From positions 1 through 12,878 of the forward strand of contig DASXQR010000018.1 of the NCBI GenBank assembly GCA_036507075.1: 12,878 nucleotides of DNA, written 5' to 3'. Positions 1 to 6,776 of this stretch are shown piece by piece (the first letter of the stretch is position 1; every line of letters starts with the position of its first letter). Origin of the DNA: Acidobacteriota bacterium (GTDB lineage Bacteria; Acidobacteriota; UBA6911; JACQSX01). Under the pieces are notes generated by a model that was given only the letters and a program-made list of their open reading frames with translations, was not told where the DNA came from and did not search any database. The position numbers and the translations under genes are program-made.

Positions 1-49
1 GCAAAAGACGCGCTTGCCCCCGGCTACTCTCCTTGACCGCTTCGCGGTC
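1..49 (-). repeat. Partial GTAG-type REP-like element (inverted copy of 12777..12825)
   Basis: Reverse complement of 1..49 (gaccgcgaagcggtcaaggagagtagccgggggcaagcgcgtcttttgc) aligns without gaps to 12777..12825; the last 30 nt have one mismatch. Truncated by the window edge. Confidence 0.85.
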
Positions 50-51
50 TG

Positions 52-73
52 GAGACGGCCCTCAGGCCGTCTC
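52..73. repeat. Perfect 9-bp hairpin (REP-like or terminator-like)
   Basis: gagacggcc-ctca-ggccgtctc; lies downstream of the last gene of the minus-strand operon, with no clear U-tract. Confidence 0.6.
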
Positions 74-176
74 TCCGCTTCCTAACGTGCAATGAAAAAT
101 GTGGTTAAAAAAACCAGAACTCACGGTTCGGTAGCACGTGGGTGGCTTTTTCTTTGGTTGCGGCCTGCGGCTGCGC

Positions 177-195
177 TTTGTCTTTGTGGTGAAAA
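177..195. repeat. Single arm of the palindromic element at 2782..2846
   Basis: tttgtctttgtggtgaaaa shares ctttgtggtgaaaa exactly with the arm at 2826..2846; lies 16 nt past the phosphatase stop codon. Confidence 0.7.
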
Positions 196-211
196 AGCGC
201 TTCCTGAGGTG

Positions 212-1459
212 CTACGGGCGGCGGCGGGAGTGGCTGGGGGAAGCGCCGAGCGTGACGGCGTCGATCTCGACTCCATCATCGCGGATGGCGCGCAGCGTGA
301 TGCGGGTCTGTTCCACATCAGCGCGCAAGTAGTGGTGTGCCGACCATCTAACGGCGTTCAGCGGACTGCTGTAGGTAGGGTACAGCGACGCGCCCCCGCC
401 GCCGGAGGTGAGGTACACCGTACCGGCGCCGCTGTCGACAGGCACACCTCCTTTGATCGGCTTACTCCGCTGATAGCTGTGTTCATGTCCGTTGATCACC
501 AGCTGCACGTTATAGCGCTCGAGAATCGGCACCACTCGATCACGTACCAGGGCCGATAGCGGATCGTTCTGATTGAGCCCGGTGGAGTATGGCGGATGGT
601 GAAAATAGACAACCCGCCATAATTGCCTCGTTTTTTGCAGGTCGCTTTCCAGCCATTGCAACATTTGGCCCGTTCCGTTAGCCGCTTCAACAAGCGAGGC
701 GTTTGAGTCCAGCGAAATAAAATGCACATTGCCCCAGTCGAACGAGTAATAGCGGCCCCGCCCTCGAACCGGAACATCATCGACAGGCACGGCATGAACG
801 GCCAGGTACGTAGCGGCATTGTTGCTTTCATACTCGTGATTTCCGGGGGTGGGAAAAAACGGCACCAGTCTCATGAGGTCGCGATAATAGCGGAAGTAAT
901 TCCGGTCGATTTGATCGAACGTGCAGCTGGGATAAACAAGATCGCCGGTATGTAACACCAGCGCCGGATCTTCCTCAATCATGCGTCGCGCCACTGAAGA
1001 TTGTCCTGCCGTATCCTCACCGCTGTCGCCGAAAACCAGAAAACGAAAGGGTCCGGGGCCGGGTGTACGAAAATGGAGTTCATCAAGCGGGGTAAGGTTC
1101 CTGTCGTCCAGAATCACACGATAGGAATAATCTGTGCCCGGGCTCAGGCCGCCCAGTTCCGCCCGGTATTGATAAAAGCGGAAGTTCAGTCCGGTGTAAG
1201 GCGCCAGATACTCCTGCACGTCGGCTTCGACGCTGGTGGAAAAACTTCGGTCCGTGGAATACTGAACCACGGCATAGCGATTTTCCACCGTGGTCCAGAG
1301 AATGGTAACTCGATCCCCGCGTAAGTTCTGCAGATACGGGTAACGCAGCGGCGGCGGCAGTTGCAAGAGAGCAGCTATTCCCTTGGAACGCGCGCCTCCC
1401 AGCAGGCCGACCGTTCCTGCCGACAAAGATCGAAGAAAGTTACGACGATTGCTCGCCAT
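212..1459 (-). CDS. Tat-exported purple-acid-phosphatase-like metallophosphoesterase with N-terminal FN3-like domain
   Basis: 415 aa. N-terminal NRRNFLR twin-arginine motif; beta-rich PAP N-domain (PYLQ...VTILWTT...LGGLSPGTDYSYRV); all five calcineurin-like metal motifs in order: GDSG, GDLVY, GNHE, YFHHP, GHEH. Confidence 0.9.
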   Translation of the reverse strand: MASNRRNFLRSLSAGTVGLLGGARSKGIAALLQLPPPLRYPYLQNLRGDRVTILWTTVENRYAVVQYSTDRSFSTSVEADVQEYLAPYTGLNFRFYQYRAELGGLSPGTDYSYRVILDDRNLTPLDELHFRTPGPGPFRFLVFGDSGEDTAGQSSVARRMIEEDPALVLHTGDLVYPSCTFDQIDRNYFRYYRDLMRLVPFFPTPGNHEYESNNAATYLAVHAVPVDDVPVRGRGRYYSFDWGNVHFISLDSNASLVEAANGTGQMLQWLESDLQKTRQLWRVVYFHHPPYSTGLNQNDPLSALVRDRVVPILERYNVQLVINGHEHSYQRSKPIKGGVPVDSGAGTVYLTSGGGGASLYPTYSSPLNAVRWSAHHYLRADVEQTRITLRAIRDDGVEIDAVTLGASPSHSRRRP

Positions 1460-1481
1460 TCAAATTAATTCCCAACCCCCC

Positions 1482-1520
1482 CGGATTACTCACGAATCAA
1501 AAAAGAGTTCGTGAAATCCG
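1482..1520. repeat. Imperfect palindrome of the cacgaa/ttcgtg family
   Basis: cggatt(ac)tcacgaa ... ttcgtgaaatccg between cotH and the phosphatase; same core as 8717..8794. Confidence 0.7.
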
Positions 1521-1529
1521 TGTTCCACT

Positions 1530-2852
1530 TCAAGGCCGTCGCCTGCTGCGTGGCAGGTCTAATCCCAATTCGCGCAGTACAAAGTAACTGCGCTGGCGTG
1601 CAAACTGCCTCAGAAATTCGATCCCGTCTTCAAACTCTTGATTAGAACAGGGCTTCAAGCCCCCTACCCCGTCGGGGCACTGTTTGTTGGGATCCTCAAG
1701 AGCGGCCTCGTGAATCTGATTATACTGGCGGTCGATTTCCAATTCTAGTGATCCATACGGCCCCCCGGCGCGCAATGCGCAACGTGCCAGCGTTTCCAGG
1801 TAAAACTTGCGAAGATCGGCAACCGCCATTGCCCGCCGCATCAGCTCATTCTCCTCTATTCTCAATAAGATAGGGTGCTCGATGGCGCTAAATGTGTTGT
1901 CCTTGTCCCAGGCGATGAACTGCGAGAGGCTCTTTCCCTGGAACCGGTAGAAGTAGAAGTTGTTGATTCCTGCGTACCCAAGGATGCCATCCGACTCGGC
2001 AAGGAAATTCTCCACGGCCACATGGGCGACGAATAGCTTTAAATCCAGGAATTCCGCTGCGGCCCGCTCAAAATCTGCGGCAGGAGTTTGATTAATAATC
2101 CGAGTCATCGCCTCGATAGGGCCGTAGAGTGCGGAAGCGGAATCATTCTCGTGAGTTGTTGGATCAAATATCTCTGCATAACGGGAAAGATCCTGGCCTA
2201 AATAGGTGAGGTAATATGCGTACTTCCACGAGTACTCAAAAAGATAGCCATTGTCCTCACCAAAATTACGCTTCAGGAAATCCTTGTCGACGGATTCCAC
2301 AATTGCGTAAAGGCCGAAGTACTGGTTGTTGATGAACAAGCGAGCGTGCGCTTCGCGCGAAGCAGGCAGCCCCATCTGTTGAAAGAAGAGCATGCTCAAT
2401 CGCTCTCTGAGCATGGACGCATCCTGCGTCATGTTGTCCAGGATGACCGATTTCAGTCCCAGAAACGTTTGCCCCGGCACGTTGCGATTGAAGTCCACAC
2501 GCAGTCCGGGCTTGGCCGCACTGCGGGTGCCTCCTCCACGCGAGCGGATGGCCACGTTCTCGACCAACAAATCGCGATCTTGATAGCGCCATCGAAAATT
2601 GCAATCGTAGTAGGCATTGCTCCGGAAGTTGTTACGCAGGACCTGCCAGTCGTTCGGATGGATGTCGAGCCTTATCTCATGGAGTATCGTGTCATCGAAA
2701 AAGTTGTCGGCAGTCTGGGCTCTGGCCGGGGCCGACAACATTATCAGGAGCGCTGGAATCGCTGTGAGGGGGTGGACCCATTTTTCACCACAAAGACACA
2801 AAAGCCACAAAGGTCCTCTGCCCCCTTTGTGCCTTTGTGGTGAAAATCTCAT
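1530..2852 (-). CDS. Exported CotH-family atypical protein kinase
   Basis: 440 aa. CotH-like motifs IRSRGGGTR, KPGLRVDF, LDN..D.SMLRE, YFGLYAIVESVD, SDG...NNFYFY, IAWDKDNTF; signal-peptide-like segment ending ARA-Q. ATG is 22 nt after the porin stop; codons 3-24 derive from a palindromic repeat. Confidence 0.88.
   Translation of the reverse strand: MRFSPQRHKGGRGPLWLLCLCGEKWVHPLTAIPALLIMLSAPARAQTADNFFDDTILHEIRLDIHPNDWQVLRNNFRSNAYYDCNFRWRYQDRDLLVENVAIRSRGGGTRSAAKPGLRVDFNRNVPGQTFLGLKSVILDNMTQDASMLRERLSMLFFQQMGLPASREAHARLFINNQYFGLYAIVESVDKDFLKRNFGEDNGYLFEYSWKYAYYLTYLGQDLSRYAEIFDPTTHENDSASALYGPIEAMTRIINQTPAADFERAAAEFLDLKLFVAHVAVENFLAESDGILGYAGINNFYFYRFQGKSLSQFIAWDKDNTFSAIEHPILLRIEENELMRRAMAVADLRKFYLETLARCALRAGGPYGSLELEIDRQYNQIHEAALEDPNKQCPDGVGGLKPCSNQEFEDGIEFLRQFARQRSYFVLRELGLDLPRSRRRP
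2782..2846. repeat. Palindromic element with 21-bp arms inside the 5' end of the cotH ORF
   Basis: ttttcaccacaaagacacaaa (2782..2802) and tttgtgcctttgtggtgaaaa (2826..2846) are reverse complements with one mismatch. Confidence 0.9.
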
Positions 2853-2874
2853 GAACGAATTTCCGAGCTAAGGT

Positions 2875-4398
2875 CTAAAGCACGAATTGCAGCCGAAACC
2901 ACCGGCCCCAGAATCGACTTCGACCGGGAATCGGGCTGCGCGCTGTGTCTTCGATTCTTTCACGGACCGCGTTGGCTTGGATTTTCACCCAGCGGTTGAG
3001 GTACCAGTTGATTCCGAAGGTCCAAACGCGATCACTGTTACCCAATATGTTGGCTGCCCGCGTGCCGCGAGAGGGTATCCCGGGATGCTCGCTGCTGCCG
3101 AAACGAATCTGCTCGCAGCGAGCCGCAAGTTCCAGGGCGCCGAAGCCCCGCTCGCGTAAAAATTCTCTGCGCGGTTTGATCTCGTCTGCTTTCTGCTCCC
3201 CGGTCACCGCCCAGGTACCGGTCAGGTACCAGCCACGTGAAATCAGGTCGGGCAGATCCTGGCCGAGCAGGCTTTGCTTCTTGCGCTGCTCTTGAACATG
3301 AATGAATTCGCCCTGGAGTGAAAAAGGCCCCGGCCTCCAGTTCATTTCCGTTCCCACTCGCAGCCTTCGTCCATTGACAAACATATGGCGGAAAAAGGTC
3401 TCTTTAGCGAGGGTGCGTCCACGCAGGCCTTTGAGTCCTTCGGAAACATTGCTGGAGGTGAATGCCATGCCGAGTTCGATATTTTTCGTCACCGCAGGGG
3501 AGGGAATCAAACGAAGCGGCCGCACCAACACGCGACCCGCCAGGGTGTGGCCGCCCGTGTGCTCGTTGTCGCTGGTGCGGGCATTCTCGCCATCCTGAAG
3601 GAAATAGCCCGCCTGATAGCTCAATCCACGCTCAAAGAGGCGCCCGTGGGCCATGATGCCTTTGTCCCGGGCAGGCGCCAGGAGATCACCGATCCGCGAG
3701 CGCATGATAAAGTCCAGCTTGGTCGCGCCCTGCGGTTGGTCCATGCCAAAGGGCAGTTTGAACTTCCCCACTTTGATCTGAAAATCCGGGAAGTAGCGAA
3801 AATTCACGTAGACGTCGCGCCAGGGATTGTCAGTCCTCCCGGCTTCATCGAGGTCCTCGTAGAACCGGCGAAAGGTATCACGCAATTCGCGTTCGATCTC
3901 GAATTCGAAATGTTTGAGAAACCGGCCTTCCACGCCAATGCGCGCACGGTGCAGATCGAACACTCCCTCTTCGATCTTCCGTTCGGGCCAGAAAGTGCGG
4001 AAGTCGCCCTGCGCTTTCGCATGGAAATCGACGCGCAGCGCCTTGCCAAAACGAAGCGAAGGGTAATCCTTCATTTTGAACTTCAAACCGGCCGAGTCTT
4101 TAGTATTTTCATCCTGAGATTGCGCATCTGAAGGGTCTGTTTTCTTTTTCCCGGCCGCCGAACCTTTCTTTTTCCCGGCACCCTCTTTCTTTTTCTCTTC
4201 CTCGGCCGCCGCGTCGGATTTCTTTTTGCCGGAACCGCCCTTCTTCTTCGCTTTCTCGGCAGACGTGCCGGATTTCTTTTTGCCGGAAGAAATACCTTGG
4301 TTATTGTCGGCAATGACGGCGGCTTGCGCTAATAACGGCACTTCACTCACGTGCAGCAGCGAGAACAACAACACGCCCGGCAGGAAAATGCGGAGCAG
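2875..4398 (-). CDS. OprO/OprP-like phosphate-selective porin with Lys-rich N-terminal extension
   Basis: Porin O/P-like motifs HRARIGVEG, IKVGKFKLPFG, RDKGIM, LQGEF, GWYLTGTWAVTGE, GALELAAR, TFGINWYLN, C-terminal RLQFVL. Start uncertain: the ORF-track GTG at 4512 lies inside a repeat element. A CTG at 4398 has GAAGGA 6 nt upstream and precedes a hydrophobic stretch ending AQA. Confidence 0.8.
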   Translation of the reverse strand: MLRIFLPGVLLFSLLHVSEVPLLAQAAVIADNNQGISSGKKKSGTSAEKAKKKGGSGKKKSDAAAEEEKKKEGAGKKKGSAAGKKKTDPSDAQSQDENTKDSAGLKFKMKDYPSLRFGKALRVDFHAKAQGDFRTFWPERKIEEGVFDLHRARIGVEGRFLKHFEFEIERELRDTFRRFYEDLDEAGRTDNPWRDVYVNFRYFPDFQIKVGKFKLPFGMDQPQGATKLDFIMRSRIGDLLAPARDKGIMAHGRLFERGLSYQAGYFLQDGENARTSDNEHTGGHTLAGRVLVRPLRLIPSPAVTKNIELGMAFTSSNVSEGLKGLRGRTLAKETFFRHMFVNGRRLRVGTEMNWRPGPFSLQGEFIHVQEQRKKQSLLGQDLPDLISRGWYLTGTWAVTGEQKADEIKPRREFLRERGFGALELAARCEQIRFGSSEHPGIPSRGTRAANILGNSDRVWTFGINWYLNRWVKIQANAVRERIEDTARSPIPGRSRFWGRWFRLQFVL

Positions 4399-4425
4399 GC
4401 ATTTTCCTTCAGCAAAAAGCCGGAG

Positions 4426-4560
4426 CCGCGAAGGCGCGAAGGCGCTAAATGAATGAGGTCTCTTGACTAACCAATTGGAACTAAACACTGCGATGTCTGC
4501 GGTTCTGGTCACTCAGAAAAACCAGAGCAATTTTGCTTTCGCGCCTTCGCGCCTTCGCGG
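4426..4560. mobile_element. MITE/REPIN-like element with 24-bp inverted arms built from 9-bp units
   Basis: ccgcgaaggcgcgaaggcgctaaa (4426..4449) versus tttcgcgccttcgcgccttcgcgg (4537..4560): one mismatch, 87-nt spacer. Mobility is inferred only. Confidence 0.6.
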
Positions 4561-4561
4561 T

Positions 4562-4592
4562 AATGACGAATGACTAATGAACCAATGACCAA
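4562..4592. repeat. Degenerate 7-bp tandem repeat (aatgacN)x4
   Basis: aatgacg aatgact aatgaacc aatgacc aa, lying 4 nt past the PLD gene stop. Confidence 0.8.
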
Positions 4593-4596
4593 CGCC

Positions 4597-5514
4597 TCAC
4601 TCCTCCTCGTCTTCATCCTCAGAAGACTCCTGGCCGCTCTCGCTTCCGGGTTCCCCTTCACGGAGTTGCTGGAAGAATGCATTCAACTGGCTGACGCAAA
4701 CCGGGTCTTGCACCAGCAGGGCCAGCTCCCGGCGGAAGCCAAGGCTTAGCGCCGACAGAGAAATGCTGCCGATCGTTGCCGCTGCCTGGTCTATCAGAAT
4801 CATCTTACCGTGACTCAATAAGCTTCCCATGTTTCGCCCACCCAGGATTTCGACGGCAACGCCCTCGGCTCTCCTTGCTTCAAGCAGGGTTATCATGGTT
4901 GGATCGGTCAACTTGTGGTCAATGATGCGGATGCTTCGGCGTGCCTGCTGCAGCAGCGCCGTGAGCTGCCCGCGGGCCAGCTCGGGGCCGACGATCAATC
5001 GATTCGACAGACCTTCGGGCAAGGACGAATGTGATGGGCGGCAATCCGCTTCAAAAAGTCTCTTTAGCCCCGAGACCACTTGCCGGTCGTGAGTGATGTG
5101 AATGAAATCGCAGGTTCTCTCGAAACACTTCCGTGTGAAATTCAACGATGCAACAAGAGCCGGACCGTCATCTGCCACCACATACTTGGCATGATATTTG
5201 ACAACCGGGTCGCTGTAGCGGTGGACCTGCGCGCCCAGGCTTTCCAGATACTCCCACAGTTCCTTCAGGCGCTTCTTGCCGCCTTTGGCGCGTGAGGTAA
5301 GAAGGACTTCTACCCGAACGCCGCGCCGCAGGGCTTCAGGCAGAGCGTCCAGCACTTTGAAGTCATCGCAGCGGAACACAGAGAGCAGCAGCCGATGCCG
5401 TGCTCCGCGGATGAAACTCAGCAGCGTCTCTCGCCGCTTGTCCGGTTCCAGGATGGTCCGCTCTTGGCGCGATTGTCCGAATGCATCCTGTTCTGGCTCG
5501 GCTTGAGAAGCCAT
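4597..5514 (-). CDS. Phospholipase D superfamily protein with two HKD motifs, probably cytoplasmic
   Basis: HAKYVVAD...ASLN and HGKMILID...GSIS both match HxK(x)4D; no signal peptide or TM segment; acidic tail ESSEDEDEEE. ATG at 5514 (5 nt after the DUF4956 stop, 305 aa) is preferred to the overlapping start at 5547. Confidence 0.85.
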   Translation of the reverse strand: MASQAEPEQDAFGQSRQERTILEPDKRRETLLSFIRGARHRLLLSVFRCDDFKVLDALPEALRRGVRVEVLLTSRAKGGKKRLKELWEYLESLGAQVHRYSDPVVKYHAKYVVADDGPALVASLNFTRKCFERTCDFIHITHDRQVVSGLKRLFEADCRPSHSSLPEGLSNRLIVGPELARGQLTALLQQARRSIRIIDHKLTDPTMITLLEARRAEGVAVEILGGRNMGSLLSHGKMILIDQAAATIGSISLSALSLGFRRELALLVQDPVCVSQLNAFFQQLREGEPGSESGQESSEDEDEEE

Positions 5515-5519
5515 TGCCC

Positions 5520-6311
5520 TCAGTTGCTCTTCTTTGGCAATTCCCACGTCACCGATTTGATGCCGGAATATCCGCCGCTTATCAATTGCTCGCTCATGTA
5601 TTCCAAAGATGTGTTGGGCTCGAGCAAAACGTGGTATTTGATTGTTGCTCCGTCGCCATGAGATACCTCGCGGGGTTCATAGACCAGACCATAGGCTGCA
5701 AAGATATTCTGGATATGCCGTGTGGGGAGCTCGCGTCCCTCGGCCACCAACTCGAGCATCATGGCCCTTGGCTTCTGCTCGCCGATGTGATCGAGAACAG
5801 CGAGGAACAAGCAGATAAAAACTGTGGCCAGGCCCGCCACGCCAAACGACGCCAGCCCGCACGCCATCCCCACTCCCAGCAGGAGAAAAAGGATGGTGGT
5901 ATCTTTCGGGTCCTCTATCGGCGTGCGGAAGCGAATGATGCTGGCGGCTCCCAGCACGCCGAAGGCCCGCGGCAGGGAGCCGCCGATGATAATCATCATC
6001 AAGGCTCCGGCAACTGTCAGCAGGATTTCAGCCTGTTCCATGGAGCGGCTCAGCAGTTTTTCGCGATGGTAGTGCTTATGGACGGCCGTGATCATGACGC
6101 CCAGTAATGCGGCGACCACCAGCTTGAGCACTTCCAAAAAAGGGTACAGTGGCGGAGGAGTGTCAAGTGCCGGCGATGGAAGGTAGGCCGGCGCGCCCGG
6201 AATGGTCAGCAGACCTGGCCAACGCAGGGCAGACCAAACAAGCGCCGCGCAAAGCGCACCCGACACGATGACCACTTTGAGGGTTTTCCATGATCTTGAG
6301 CGCATCTGCAC
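5520..6311 (-). CDS. DUF4956-family (MgtC/SapB-like) inner-membrane protein
   Basis: Several hydrophobic helices; family-typical AFGVLGAASIIRFRTPIEDPKD..ILF...GVGMACG; small soluble C-terminal alpha/beta domain. Start is GTG 6311 or ATG 6305. Confidence 0.82.
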   Translation of the reverse strand: MQMRSRSWKTLKVVIVSGALCAALVWSALRWPGLLTIPGAPAYLPSPALDTPPPLYPFLEVLKLVVAALLGVMITAVHKHYHREKLLSRSMEQAEILLTVAGALMMIIIGGSLPRAFGVLGAASIIRFRTPIEDPKDTTILFLLLGVGMACGLASFGVAGLATVFICLFLAVLDHIGEQKPRAMMLELVAEGRELPTRHIQNIFAAYGLVYEPREVSHGDGATIKYHVLLEPNTSLEYMSEQLISGGYSGIKSVTWELPKKSN

Positions 6312-6347
6312 AAAAGAGCCGTCCGGCCTAAGTTAGAAATTTCGCGG

Positions 6348-6356
6348 AGTATAACA
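6348..6356 (-). promoter_or_regulatory. Putative extended -10 promoter of the five-gene operon
   Basis: Minus strand reads TG-T-TATACT about 36 nt upstream of the DUF4956 start; no good -35 at 17-nt spacing. Confidence 0.55.
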
Positions 6357-6371
6357 CCGCTCCGTATCAAA

Positions 6372-6432
6372 GCGGAAGGCGGAAGGCGGAAGGCAGGAGG
6401 CGGGAGGCAGGAGGCGGGAGGCGGGAGGCAGG
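6372..6432. repeat. 7-bp tandem repeat GCRGRAG, 8 full copies plus a partial
   Basis: gcggaag x3, gcaggag, gcgggag, gcaggag, gcgggag x2, gcagg. Confidence 0.95.
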
Positions 6433-6776
6433 CCCACCCAACCGAACCGCGCGCGTAAGCAAGCGGACTCTCGATGTAACACTTCTGGTTTATGTATGAC
6501 CTGGCCCGGATCATTCATGAAGTTTGCGCCGTCCCCTCTCCTACCTGGGTCAGACGCGGGCGTCACCCGCGCAGGGAGAATCAAACTACTTCCACCGGCG
6601 TCAGACCGGCGAAGCGCAAAGCCACGTCCCGCAACGCAAGGGCGTGGCGGAAGCGATCTGAGCCGGCTTGCCGGAATGGGTGATTCGTGCCCCGATTTCG
6701 TTTGCCTCGCTGTGCCCTTGTGGGTCATGGCTCTGCGCTTCGCGCGCAGACTCGCGGCTTTTTGCGTCTTTCTTTT

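Noticed and set aside
1530..2852. Spore-coat function for the CotH protein
   Set aside because: CotH kinases are widespread in non-sporulating bacteria; the context is a diderm envelope operon with no sporulation genes.
3385..4131. 248-aa plus-strand ORF and similar antisense ORFs (92..559, 2346..2843, 5481..6107)
   Set aside because: Shadow frames opposite well-supported genes, as expected in GC-rich DNA.
4597..5514. Calling the PLD gene cls or ppk1
   Set aside because: It has no N-terminal TM anchor as in ClsA and lacks the N-terminal and head domains of PPK1; only the fold can be supported.
6372..6432. CRISPR array interpretation of this or other repeats
   Set aside because: Units are 7-10 nt with no unique spacers, and there are no cas genes.
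6470..6505. Pho box upstream of the phosphate-related operon
   Set aside because: GTCAT/TTACA-like words are present but not in 11-nt direct-repeat register.
6560..6710. c-di-GMP-I riboswitch or group II intron domain V
   Set aside because: Only isolated words (gcaaagcc, ggcaaac) match, on inconsistent strands and without the required stem order.
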